From Heterodontus francisci (taxonomy: Eukaryota), in the NCBI RefSeq assembly GCF_036365525.1, contig NC_090371.1:103262211-103326210 (forward strand): a stretch of DNA of 64,000 nucleotides. Reading direction: 5' to 3'. Positions 44,971 to 56,827 of the stretch are shown here, one piece after another (position 1 is the first letter of the stretch; the number at the start of each line of letters is the position of its first letter). The notes beneath the pieces were generated by a model that saw only the letters and a program-made list of their open reading frames with translations, searched no databases and was not told the origin of the DNA. The translations under genes and the position numbers were made by a program.

Positions 44971-46998
44971 ATGTGGGAGGCTTTTAAAGAGAGGTTGATT
45001 AGCGTGCAGGAGAGACATGTTCCTGTGAAAATGAGGGATAGAAATGGCAAGATTAGGGAACCATGGATGACAGCTGAAATTGTGAGACTAGCTAAGAGGA
45101 AAAAGGAAGCATACACAAGGTCTAGGCGGCTGATGAAAGACGAAGCTTTGAAAGAATATCGGGAATGTAGGACCAATCTGAAACGAGGAATTAAGAGGGC
45201 TAAAAGGGGTCATGAAATATCTTTACCAAACAGGGTTAAAGAAAATCCCAAAGCCTTTTATTCATATATAAGGAGAAAGAGGGTAACTAGAGAAAGGATT
45301 GGCCCACTAAAGGACAAAGGAGGAATGTTATGCTTGGACTCAGAGAAAATGGGTGAGATTCTAAACGAGTACTTTGCATCGGTATTCACCGAGGAGAGGG
45401 ACATGACGGATGTTGAGGTTAGGAACAGATGTTTGATTACTCTCGGTCAAGTCGGCATAAGGAGGGAGGAAGTGTTGGGTATTCTAAAGGGCATTAAGGT
45501 GGACAAGTCCCCAGGTCCGGATGGGATCTATCCCAGGTTACTGAGGGAAGCGAGAGAGGAAATAGTTGGGGCCTTAACAGATATCTTTGCAGCATCCTTA
45601 AACGCGGGTGAGGTCCCGGAGGACTGGAGAATTGCTAATGTTGTCCCCTTGTTTAAGAAGGGTAGCAGGGATAATCCAGGTAATTATAGACCGGTGAGCC
45701 TGACGTCAGTGGTAGGGAAGCTGCTGGAGAAGATACTGAGGGATAGGATCTATTCCCATTTGGAAGAAAATGGGCTCATCAGTGATAGGCAACATGGTTT
45801 TGTGCAGGGAAGGTCATGTCTTACCAACTTAATAGAATTCTTTGAGGAAGTGACAAAGTTGATTGATGAGGGAAGGGCTGTAGATGTCATATACATGGAC
45901 TTCAGTAAGGCGTTTGATAAGGTTCCCCATGGCAGGCTGATGGAGAAAGTGAAGGCGCTTGGGGTCCAAGGTGTACTAGCTAGATGGATAAAGAACTGGC
46001 TGGGCAACAGGAGACAGAGAGTAGCAGTAGAGGGGAATTTCTCAAAATGGAGACGTGTGACCAGTAGTGTTCCACAGGGATCCGTGCTGGGACCACTGTT
46101 GTTTGTGATATACATTAATGATTTGGAGGAAAGTATAGGTGGACTGATTAGCAAGTTTGCAGACGACACTAAGATTGGTGGAGTAGCAGATAGTGAAGGG
46201 GACTGTCAGAGAATACAGCAGAATATAGATAGATTGGAGAGTTGGGCAGAGAAATGGCAGATGGAGTTCAATCAGGGCAAATGCGAGGTGATGCATTTTG
46301 GAAGATCCAATTCAAGAGTGAACTATGCAGTAAATGGAAAAGTCCTGGGGAAAATTGATGTCCAGAGAGATTTGGGTGTTCAGGTCCACTGTTCCCTGAA
46401 GGTGGCAACGCAGGTAAATAGAGTGGTCAAGAAGGCATACGGCATGCTTTCCTTCATCGGACGGGGTATTGAGTACAAGAGTTGGCAGGTCATGTTACAG
46501 TTGTATAGGACTTTGGTTCGGCCACATTTGGAATACTGCGTACAGTTCTGGTCGCCACATTATCAAAAGGATGTGGATGCTTTGGAGAGGGTGCAGAGGA
46601 GGTTCACCAGGATGTTGCCTGGTATGGAGGGCGCTAGCTATGAAGAGAGGTTGAGTAGATTAGGATTATTTTCATTAGAAAGACGGAGGTTGAGGAGGGA
46701 CCTGATTGAGGTGTACAAAATCATGAGAGGTATAGACAGGGTGGATAGCAAGAGGCTTTTTCCCAGAGTGGGGGATTCAATTACTAGAGGACACGAGTTC
46801 AAAGTGAAAGGGGAAAAGTTTAGGGGGGATATGCGTGGAAAGTTCTTTACGCAGAGGGTGGTGGGCGCCTGGAACGCGTTGCCAGCGGAGGTGGTAGATG
46901 CGGGCACGATGGAGTCTTTTAAGATGTATCTAGACAGATACATGAATGGGCAGGAAGAAAAGAGATACAGAACCTTAGAAAATAGACGACATGTTTAG
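44971..46998 (+). CDS. CR1 ORF2 reverse transcriptase and C-terminal domain (APE absent), uninterrupted
   Basis: 675-aa ORF with NYRPVSLTS, QHGF, DFSKAFD, QGSVLGP, FADD, HLEYCVQFW. Confidence 0.88.
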   Translation: MWEAFKERLISVQERHVPVKMRDRNGKIREPWMTAEIVRLAKRKKEAYTRSRRLMKDEALKEYRECRTNLKRGIKRAKRGHEISLPNRVKENPKAFYSYIRRKRVTRERIGPLKDKGGMLCLDSEKMGEILNEYFASVFTEERDMTDVEVRNRCLITLGQVGIRREEVLGILKGIKVDKSPGPDGIYPRLLREAREEIVGALTDIFAASLNAGEVPEDWRIANVVPLFKKGSRDNPGNYRPVSLTSVVGKLLEKILRDRIYSHLEENGLISDRQHGFVQGRSCLTNLIEFFEEVTKLIDEGRAVDVIYMDFSKAFDKVPHGRLMEKVKALGVQGVLARWIKNWLGNRRQRVAVEGNFSKWRRVTSSVPQGSVLGPLLFVIYINDLEESIGGLISKFADDTKIGGVADSEGDCQRIQQNIDRLESWAEKWQMEFNQGKCEVMHFGRSNSRVNYAVNGKVLGKIDVQRDLGVQVHCSLKVATQVNRVVKKAYGMLSFIGRGIEYKSWQVMLQLYRTLVRPHLEYCVQFWSPHYQKDVDALERVQRRFTRMLPGMEGASYEERLSRLGLFSLERRRLRRDLIEVYKIMRGIDRVDSKRLFPRVGDSITRGHEFKVKGEKFRGDMRGKFFTQRVVGAWNALPAEVVDAGTMESFKMYLDRYMNGQEEKRYRTLENRRHV

Positions 46999-48595
46999 AG
47001 AGAGGATCTAGATCGGCGCAGGCTTGGAGGGCCGAAGGGCCTGTTCCTGTGCTGTAATTATCTTTGTTCTTTGTTCTTTGTGCTGGCTCAAAAATCTCTC
47101 CTGAAGGCACTTTAAGAATTCTGCCTCTTTAAGCCTTTTGCACTCATACTATCTCCTCTAATATGGGGGAAGTTGAAATCCCCTACTATTATTACCCTAT
47201 TATTTTTGCACTTGTCTGAGATTTTCCGACCTATTTGCTCCTCTATCTCTCCCTGATTATTTGGAGGCCTGTAGTACACTCACAACCAAGTGATTGCCCT
47301 CTTTTTGTTTTTATGTTCTACTCATATGGCCTCATTAGAGGAACCTTCCAAGATATCATCCCTCCATACTGCAGTAATTGACTCCTTAATCAACAGTGCA
47401 ATGCCACCTCCTCTTTTACACCCTCCCCTATCACGCCTGAAGATTTTATACCCTGGGATATTGAGCTGCCAGTCCTGCCCTTCCCTAAACCATGTCTCAG
47501 TGATAGCAATAATATCATATTCCCATGTGTTAATCAATGCCCTCAGTTCATCTGCCTTACTCGTATGACTCCTTGCGTTAAAATAGATACAATCCAGCCT
47601 TGCATTATTTGCTTGAGCCTTAACAGGCCTATATTTACTCTGCCCTCCAGACTGACTTAGTTTCTATATTTGATTGTATAACACCCCCTACTTTGCTTCC
47701 ACCCTGTATCCCATCCCCCTGCCAAATTAGTTTAACCACCCCCCCAACAGCACTAGCAAACCTCCCAGCAAGGATGTTGGTCCCATTCCAGTTCAGGTCC
47801 AACCCGTCCAACTTGTACAGATCCCACCTTCACCAAAAACAGGCCCAGTGATCTAGGAAACTAAAGCCCTCCCTCCTGCACCATCTCTTCAGCCACACAT
47901 TCATCTGCTTGAACCTCCTATTCTTATACTCACTAGCCTGTGGCACTGGGAGAAACCCAGAGATTACAACCTTTGAGGTCCTACTCTTTAATCTGTTACC
48001 TAGCTCCTTATATTCTTTTTGCAGGACCTCATCCCTCTTTCTACCTATGTCATTGGTACCAATGTGGATCATGACCTTCCAGAATGCACTGTAGCCGCTC
48101 AGTGATATCCATGACCCTTGCACCAGGGAGGCAACATACCATCCTGCCATCTACGACCACAAAAACGCCCATCTGTTCCTCTAACCATAGAATCCCCTAC
48201 CACTATTGCCCTCATGTCCCCTTTTCTCGATCCCAGCACAGCTGAGTCACTCATGATGTTCTGGTCATGTCTCTCGGTGCACTGTCCAGAGGAACCCTCT
48301 TCCCTATCGGTACTCAGAACTGAATACCGGTTAGAAAGTGGGATGTCCTCTGGGAACTCCTGCACTACCTGTCCTGACCTCTTTGTCCGTCCGGCAGCCA
48401 TCCAATCCCCTTCCGACTGTGCTTGCCTTGGCACGGTGTTGACCACCGCCTGAAACGTGCCGTCCACGTAGTCCTCCACCTCGCAGATGCTCCACAGTGA
48501 CTCCAGCCGCCCTTCGAGCTCCGAAACCCAAAGCTCAAGCTTCTGCAACCGGAGACACTTTCTGCAGACATGTTCGCCAAGGTCACGTGGCATGT

Positions 48596-48649
48596 CCACG
48601 ACTTCCCACATTCCCACGACTTCCCACATTCCCACGACTTCCCACATTC
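48596..48649. repeat. 3 x 18-bp perfect tandem repeat in ORF1 of copy E
   Basis: CCACGACTTCCCACATTC x3 (MWEVVG repeat on the minus strand). Confidence 0.95.
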
Positions 48650-49051
48650 CACTTGGCTGAGCTGCCCTGCCATTACTTAACTTTACAATGTAATTTTGCT
48701 AGTGTAATAACTTACCAGCTATTTACAATCAGCTTATATCCCCTGTACATTTGAGGCTGAGAAAGAAAGAGACCAAAGAGCACCTTCCTCCGCCCCCAGC
48801 CAACGAAAATACCCACACTTATCTTACAGCCTCACTCCGTGCAAACAGCACTAGTATTGCTAGTAATTAATAATAATTTACAGGTAGCTATCCTAGGGCT
48901 TTAATTTAAAAGGAACCTTTTTTTTACTCAGCTATCCACATGCAATAACAGCTGCCGCCCACCGACCAATCAGCTCACAGAATTTCAGTGATGTCACTGT
49001 TAGTTTTTTCCCCACTTAATCCAAACAGAATGTGTGCAGAAAGTCAGAGAA

Positions 49052-49172
49052 CCTGCCGCTGCCCTGGACGTCAGGTTAGTGAAGGGCCTTGAGCCCCATT
49101 CTTCCTTTTATAGGAAGCCCTGTTCCTTCCAGGTCCTCCGTTGCCTGCTGCTGCCCCGGACGTCAGGTTAGT
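49052..49172 (-). promoter_or_regulatory. CR1 5' terminal promoter-like region: two 29-bp direct repeats flanking a TATA box
   Basis: CCTGCYGCTGCCCYGGACGTCAGGTTAGT at 49052-49080 and 49144-49172 (TGACGT CRE-like on minus); TATAAAA on minus at 49106-49112. Confidence 0.55.
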
Positions 49173-49594
49173 AGCTTGAGGGGCTGAATGGCCTACTCCT
49201 GTTCCTATGAAGTCCTTTATATTTCATTTTATACCTATGTTTCCTTGTTTTTCACCTCTTAACTACCAGAAGCAGATTGGACCATGACTACCATTCCAAT
49301 TTTCTCTCAGACAACAGGTGCTGGTGGATGACTGCACCAGAGCCACTGGAAGTTGGAGGTTTTAACTGGTTCTTGATGTGGGGATCCACTATTGATACAT
49401 GGCTGGCACAGTGGTCTGCACCCTTGAGGTCTACTTGCCTATCTTCCACAACATTGCTACGCCATGGGCGCCTTTACTTTGCCAGATTTTCCATATTTCC
49501 CTCCTCCTCTTCTAGTCTGCTGTAAACATTTACAGCTCTTCTGATCCCATCTTTTGTTTCTATACTCTCCCATCTCATGTCCTCTGTAAACGTG

Positions 49595-50080
49595 AACTCA
49601 TCCAAAACTTTGCTACCTGCATCCTGAATCACACCAAGTCTGATCACTCATTACCCCTCTGCTTGCTGACCTACATTGGCAACAACTCAACTTTAAAATT
49701 TTCATCCTTGTTTTCAAATCCCTCCATGGCCTCATGTCTCAGTTTCTCTGTAAACTCCCAACCTTACAGCCATCCACGAACTCTGCACTTCTCCAATTCT
49801 GGCCTCTTGTGTATCCAGGATTTGCTTTGCTCCACCATTGGCAGCTGTGCTTTCAGCTGCCTGGGCCATAAATTTTGGAATTCTCTCCCTAACCTCTTCA
49901 CCCCTATAACTCTCTCTCCTCCTTAAAGACGCTCCTTAAAACCTGCCCCATTAACCAGGCTTTGGTCACCTGCCCTAATATTTCCTTATGTGGCTCCAAA
50001 TCAAATTTTTCTTAATAATTGCTCCTAAGTGCCTTCGGACATTCTACTACATTAAAGATGCTGTATAAATGCAAGTTATT
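49595..50080 (+). mobile_element. L2-clade LINE 3' end
   Basis: IQN...ITPLLADLHW...FKI.ILVFKSLHG...AFSCLG.K.WNSLP and a TATAAATGCAAGTT-type tail. Confidence 0.8.
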
Positions 50081-50089
50081 CTTATTTTC

Positions 50090-50357
50090 ACGTTATTACC
50101 TCCTATTGTCTTATACCATAATCGCTTGTCATTTAACCACTCCTGACCTCTACCTTATCATAGACTTCTTCCCTTTGCTCTTTTCCAGCCCTGTTCTTCC
50201 TGGCTACTTAAAAGCTGTTCATCTCTGATAAAAGGCCATTGACCTGAAACATTAACTCTATTTCTCTCAACACAGATTCTACCTGACCTTTTGAGTGCTT
50301 CCAGCCTTTTCTGTTCTTATTTCAGATTTGCAGCATCTGCAATATTCTGTTTTTATA
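50090..50357 (+). mobile_element. Decayed Penelope pLTR
   Basis: CTGATAAAAGGCCATTGACCTGAAACATTAACTCT...GACCTTTTGAGT...TTCAGATTTGCAGCATCTGCA, homologous to 2482-2620. Confidence 0.75.
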
Positions 50358-52899
50358 TCAGTTGGCCAATAACCAAAAAGACTTGGTTCCTTCATCTCTT
50401 AGTGGCCCTACTCCCACGTTGACTGTTCTCTTACTGCTAATGAGCTTTTTCATTTGTCCTTTTTCTAATTTTCTCTCATTGCTAATCTCCCTTTTCAGAG
50501 CTTCACTATAATCATTATATTTGTTCTGTATTTCTTTTTATTATCTTCGCTGAAATGGCCAAATGCTTTTTCTCAAATCTTATTTATCCATGAAATGCCA
50601 GCCTGTGATGCACTCTGCTTGTTTTCTTACTAGAATATACTTGAGTCCTTCCCATCTCCTGTTTCAATATATGCAATTGCTAACAAGTAAAAACGATGTC
50701 ATTACTCCTGTAAAGTCATTCAGAAAACATTTACTTTTGTTGGAATTCTGACAAAGATCACCTGTGTTTCAAAAACAAAGTGACATAAAACAATACTGGG
50801 AACTTGCAGTCTTTTTCATTCCTCAGTACAGCAAAAAATGCCCTCAATGGTTTACTATGGCATAACAGTTGCAAACATCACCATGACTGGATGTGGCAAC
50901 TCAAAAAGGATGTTATAATTTGAAATACCAAATAATTATATACACTTGAACATGCATCTACAGTCAGGAACATAAATACTCCTCTACATAATTTCCATTA
51001 CATGACTTAATAAAAACTATTTATATAACCATTCACTGCTTATTAACACTGTTACGAACAGGCACTTACTTTAATTTTTTTCCGTCCGATCAAATTTCCC
51101 TGCTTTCTAACTAGATTCGTGATTGAATTTGTTTCCCTCCCTTAAACCCTAATAATAAGTGACCGCTTCAACAACATGAATTTTAAAGTTAAAACAAAGA
51201 AGTAGGGTTTATACTCCTAAATTTGGGAAGGGTTTTAAATTTGCCATGCACGCTTACAAATATTCAAGAAAAGGTTAAAGGCATAAAAAAAGGCAAGGAC
51301 ATTTATTAAACAGAAACTTATCTTAACTACTAGCTAATATGGATTTCAGTTAAAGCTAGTGTCCATGAATATCAAAAAAAGTGTCCAAAAGTTGGAGATC
51401 ACCGATAAGAAATGGCGAATAGAGGAGGAGCTGTTGGGAGATTTCTCTTGCAAATTCCTTTTTCTTTGCACTGTCAAAGGTAGTAATGGAGACCGCTAAA
51501 TTGCTGAAGTTCCCTTATTTTAGACGGAGAGGAAACTGATAGAAAGCAGACCTTTTCTGCTGTTACTGCAGCTTGACTTTGGGTTGGTTTGTTTCTTGCT
51601 GGATTTTTCAAAGTGTGGCTTCTCTTTAATTTTTCTTGTTGAAAAGGCCTTGGACAGAAGTCTATGCAACTTCAAAATAGGCTGTGGTTTCTTGCGGGGA
51701 GATTTGTCTCCAGCACCCGGCAGCTGTGTAAAATCATACAGGCTGTACCTTAAACTGTTACAATGTCAAGTCCAGACAGGTTGAATAAGGGATTCCTGGG
51801 TCCTAAAGCTAGACTCTTTTCAAGTGGCTGTCCCACCTGACCTCTCTCCTCCATTTTGACAATCAGAACACAGAAGTACCAACTTAAAACGTGCTGTACA
51901 AAATGGCTGCTGACACTAACACTCAAATGCACAACATAATTCACAAGGGGGTTCGCATCCATTTGTGACAGACACTCCTTTCACAATCCTACTTTTACTG
52001 GCTCAAATACCCCAAAAATACAAAAAAACTTATGACTGATTTCAGGAACAACACAAAACAACATATAGGGCCTTTAGCACTATAAATTCTGGCATCAACC
52101 TTTTATACATTTAGAGTTGTCTTTGTTTCTACCACAAAACTACATTTGTGACAGAACGCAGCCTGACAAATTACATTCATGTATGTTATTAAATGTAGTC
52201 CAGTGAAGATGTTTTTAACAGTTATAGTAGTTGAACACATTCCATTCCATATTTTGTGACAAGTGCAATCATCTAAGTGATGGCGACAGGATGGAGTTAA
52301 ATGGAGGTGCAAGCTAAGAGCATATGGCTGAGAAAGATAATGTAAGCAACAGGGTACACAATATATTTCTGCTGTTTTTACGAGAAATGTATCCAACGTC
52401 CTTCATTAACTATATAAAGAGGTTTTTCAACACATTCGGCACTATGGGTTAGGCATTTCGGTGTTAACATTTGAATCTTTGATGGGAAAGAATGAGCACG
52501 GGCATGCAGGTTTTTGTTTGTTAAGTTCAATAGCTTGGCATGGCATCCTGCAGTCAAACACATCACATGTAAGTTCTGGCATTGATTAACTCAGCATGCT
52601 GTCAGGCAAGAGGCTGAGAATCATTGAGTACCACTGTATATGTTTCTCCCCATAAAGTCTAAAGAAGAAAATGATAAACATTTCTTTTGCTTAGCAAAAT
52701 TGTTGCTAAATCAGTGTAACCCCTGAAAACTCAGGTGGAATATACTCTATTCTTCAGAGTGAGGCTTGGGAGTTGAAGGGAGACTGCTTTTCTCAAATTT
52801 TTCTTTGAAAAATGTTTTTTTTCTCAGTGTGTTTTCAGTGTCTCAACAGCATTTCCTTTTTCACTGAGAGATGTCCTCAATTGAAGGAAGCATGTCTGA

Positions 52900-53130
52900 T
52901 AAGTGGAGGGTCAGTAACTGGGCTGAACACTTTCATTCTGTCCACAATTTTGATCCTGAGCTCCCAGTCGTTTGCCATTTTAATTATCTGTCTCACTCTG
53001 ACCTCTCAGTCCTTGGTCTTCTACAGTGTCCCAAAAAAAGCTCAAAACAAGTTCGAGGAGCAGCACTTCATCGTTCTACGAGGCACTTTACAGTGGTTTG
53101 GTCTTCACATTGACTTTAATGACTTCAGAC
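52900..53130 (+). pseudogene. Penelope GIY-YIG C-terminal relic
   Basis: AEH.HSV...LPVVCHFN...SVLGLLQC...KFEEQHFI...GTLQ..GLHIDFNDFR. Confidence 0.75.
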
Positions 53131-53859
53131 CACAACACAGCTCCCAATTTCTCTCTGCCAGCAAGAGCCGGTAATGTTGGGTAATGTACCAGCCTTTCCA
53201 GAGATGGGAGGGTTGGTGCTTTGACAGGGATCTCCCAGTCGTACAGGGCTGTGTGGCGTCCAGCCCTGCTTTCCACCTGCTTATTTCTTCCACTCCATAC
53301 TCCTGGGTCACTTCAGCCTGCTCTGCTTTTCCAGTTTTACATGCTTCCCTCTGTCAATATTCACACATTGTCCAGGTCTCATTTTTTTTATTTCTCTAAC
53401 TTCTCTCATCTTGCTTCTTCTTGTCTTCAACTATTGTCACTTCTGTTGTTTAATTATCTCCTGTTCTCCATCTAACCCCATTTCAAATCATTTGTTTTTG
53501 CTTTTGCATTGGTAATTTTCTCCCACCCCATTTTCCTTTACTCTGTTAATTAGAACAGTGATTACAGCCACTATGGTAGCATTGCAGAGGAGCACTAGAC
53601 CAGGTAAAGGCACCTTTAAGACAGGCACTAAACAGTGCACAAGGTTGAATAGTTCAGTTTTGTATGAATTTTTGGAAGAGTTGTTGATAAAGTTGTTATG
53701 GAATGATTTTTTGCTGGTGGCTTTGATTTCAGGATTTTGGTCAACAGGACGATGTGATGATCTGTAGCAGATGGACTGAAATGTGGGGAATTGTGGAGCA
53801 ATGGTGATGTGGGGACAAGATCTCAGGGGAACCCGAGTCTGATATCCGCTCATAGACAA

Positions 53860-55060
53860 ACCGTCCGAAACAATTATGTCCTGGATGCCTCCTCCCTTCC
53901 TCATCCTCCTCCTCTGCCTCCTGTGGTGTCCTTTGAAAGCTTGCTGGCAAGGTCTGTGTCCTCATGAACGCGAGGTTGTGGAGGATGCAGCAGACCAGCA
54001 TGAATTTGGAGATACGTTGCGACAAGTATTGGAGGGCCACCTCCAGTAGTCATGGCAGCAGAACTGTTGTTTCAGATGCTGATGGTATGATACTGGTGGC
54101 TATACGGCTCTCATTGTAGGTGTGCTGTCCATGCATGCTCGGGTGGTGGTGTCATGTATCAGGTGTAGAGTGGGTATACCATGCCACCCAGCAGCCAGCC
54201 TCTGGTTCATCGTGGTGGCTCAAAGATGGTTGGTACAGTTGACCGATGCAGGATGAATGCATCGTGACTGTTGTCAGTATAGCGGGCATTCACTGACAGG
54301 ATGTTCTGGGCATGGTTGCACACCAACTGCATGTTCATTGAGTGGTAGCCTTTGTGGTTGCACTACATTTCCCTGCTAATATGTGGGACCCACAAAGCCA
54401 TGTGCGTGCAGCCATTGGCATCCAGCATCATTGGGAATCCTGCCAGCCTGGGAAAGCCACATGCTCACTTCTCATGCTTTTCTCTAGTAAATGAGAAGAT
54501 GATAGGGTCCCGCCCCTCTCCTTCTGTACTGGGTCTCTGTCACCTCTGTGTTGCAGTGATGCATGGTGAACTGTGAAATGTTGCCTGCTTCCACCTGGAA
54601 GGATCCGTTGGCATAGAAATTGAGGGGTACTGGCAGTGCCATCCTTGTCCTGCTGTGTGGCTGCAGGTCTGGTGGTACTAGAGAGAAGCAGGAGAAGTGA
54701 GCATGTGGCTTTCCCAGGCTGGCAGGATTCCCAATGATGCTGGATGCCAATGGCTGCACGCACATGGCTCTGTGGGTCCCAGATATTAGCAGGGAAATGT
54801 AGTGCAACCACAAAGCCTACCACTCCATGAACATGCAGTTGGTGTGCAACAGTTCAGTAACCAATGAAAAGTAGGCACCTCAGATACTGCTTCTGACTGA
54901 GTTGGAGGTAGGAGATATGCTCTCTAAATACCCTAAGGGTTACGGTCTTACATTGCGAGCCCTCCTGCTCTTCCCTCTGCACACAGCTTCCCTGTCTTCT
55001 GCCTCTGCTCCATCTCAAGTCATGCTGCAGCACAAGAGGTACTGCAGCTATGCTCACCAT
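53860..55060 (-). pseudogene. Harbinger transposase relic with an internal inverted duplication
   Basis: RVFREHISYLQL, ALPVPLNFYANGSFQ, AGFPMM, KGYHSMNMQLVCNH, SHDAFIL, ALQY...FMLVCCILHNLA. Confidence 0.8.
54315..54850. repeat. Inverted repeat with 175-bp arms (54315-54489 and 54676-54850) and a 186-bp spacer
   Basis: Direct comparison shows few mismatches; the ORF track gives near-identical peptides on opposite strands (MWLHYISLLI...). Confidence 0.95.
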
Positions 55061-55314
55061 TACTGAAGCAGGCTTTTCCTAATGTGTCTTCCAGCTCTTC
55101 TGATCTCCTTGTCAGAATCCAGGACCACTCTCTTATGAATCCAAAAATTTCTGTCAGCTCCTCCAATAACATTCAACAAAGTACTTTCACCATCACTACA
55201 GCAACAGAAAGTCAAAAGCACCTCATCTGAATGTTGAATGGTGATCCTTTTAGATAGTGCTAATGGTGGGTCCCCCATGCAGCTGAACACATATTCAGTT
55301 GGGAATCATTAAGA

Positions 55315-55700
55315 GATTAGGAATTTTGATAGGGGTTTTCAAAATCATGACAGGTCTGGACAGAGTAGATAGGGAGAAACTGTTCCCATTGGTGGAAGGG
55401 TCAAGAGCCAGAGGACATCGATTTAAGCTGATTGGCAAAAGAACCAGAGGAGACATGAGGAAAGACCTGTTTACGCAGCAAGTGGTTAGGATCTGGAATA
55501 AACTGCCCGAGAGTGTGATGGAGGCAATTTCAATCACGGCTTTTAAAAGGGAATTGAATAATTATCTGAAGAGAAAATATTTGCGGAGCTACGGGGAAAA
55601 GGTGGGGAGTGGGTCTAGCTGAGTTGCTCTTGCAGAGAGCCAGCATGCCCAAGACGAGCAGAATGACCTTCTGTACTGTAACCATACTATAATTCTAAGA
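55315..55700 (+). mobile_element. CR1 3' fragment
   Basis: VFKIMTGLDRVDREKLFP...RGHRFKL...FTQQVVRIWNKLP and 3' UTR. Confidence 0.85.
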
Positions 55701-56255
55701 GAATTCATTAACAGAACCTATGAACCAAAATCAATTGGGCACTAAATCAGCATTAGACAGTGATGGACCTCACAATCTGCCCACTCTGCAGTCTTCATGC
55801 GCTGCATGGCATGCTTGCGCTAGCTCCTTTACAGTCAGGGTGCATTGTGTAGGCCACAACAGATGTGGCTGGAAGCATTCTGGCCAACGTTTTTAGAGTC
55901 TCGGGCTTCCAAAGAGTCGTAGCGCTACAGAGCCAAATTTCCAGGCCATTAACTTTTTCCTATCTCCATAGATGCATCCCGAGCTGCTGAGTGTTTCCAG
56001 CATCTTCTATTTGATTAACATAAATAGCCACTCACCATAATAAGTGGAGAGTTGCAGAAGCAAACATCTTTTTAAAAGGCTAAATGAACAGTAAAGAGCC
56101 CTCTAAACTATTCAGAAGCACTTTAAAGCAAAAAGGTGGAAAGCCAGACAGACCATTTCCCACTTACAGTTTGAATATAAATGAATATTACAGGGCAATG
56201 AAGCTTCTATTTCTACTGAAATTGCACAGAGCAAATTAAAATATTAATTATTTGC

Positions 56256-56820
56256 TGTGATACAACCGAGGTGGGAGTAATGCACTGTCTTTCTCTACTT
56301 CCAGTTCTCCACAGGTCACAACATATATTTAAATGTTTACCCAGTTACCGATATAGCCGATCATATGCTCTATATTTTTTATTTCAGAATAAAATACAGC
56401 ACCTATTTATTTCTTTAATAAGCAACAAAATTATCAGGTTATTATAAAACAAGACTTATCCAGTAAAGATGCAAAGCATTAACACACAGTTTGAAATTTG
56501 CATGTAAATATATATATTCCCTTCTAGATCCAACGCACATATACACACACCTTGGTTAAAGGAAAAATAAAGAAGTTTTCTCTGCAGAGATTCATTTTAC
56601 AAAAAGACAAAAAAAAACTTTGGCCAAATACTCATTAATTTTTGAAGGATAAAGAGAGGACATGGAAGGATATCAGTTGTCCCTCTGGTTTGGCGTCCGG
56701 GTACATGAAGACGGTCACTGTGATCTTTTCAGAAGCAGTTCATTCTGGAGATGTCAAGAATTAGTCTGGTAGGCTTTCCAGGAGAATTGTGGCATCAGGG
56801 GTTTCAGTTATCACTGGGTG
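56256..56820. mobile_element. Possible LTR-like relic
   Basis: Starts TGTGATAC; composition resembles the LTR at 28895/39364; no PBS or second terminus seen. Confidence 0.3.
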
Positions 56821-56827
56821 CTTCTCT

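Larger units (their letters stand above)
43870..47079 (+). mobile_element. Young CR1 copy C with intact ORF1 and RT but no endonuclease domain
   Basis: TSD GTGCT at 43865-43869 and 47080-47084; (TTCTTTG)n tail; jump from the ORF2 linker to MWEAFK near 44965. Confidence 0.92.
41519..49172 (-). mobile_element. Full-length CR1 LINE copy E (decayed), interrupted by copy C
   Basis: Long 5' UTR, ORF1 (48673-47727), APE, RT and tail; TSD AGCTT at 41514-41518 and 49173-49177. Confidence 0.9.
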
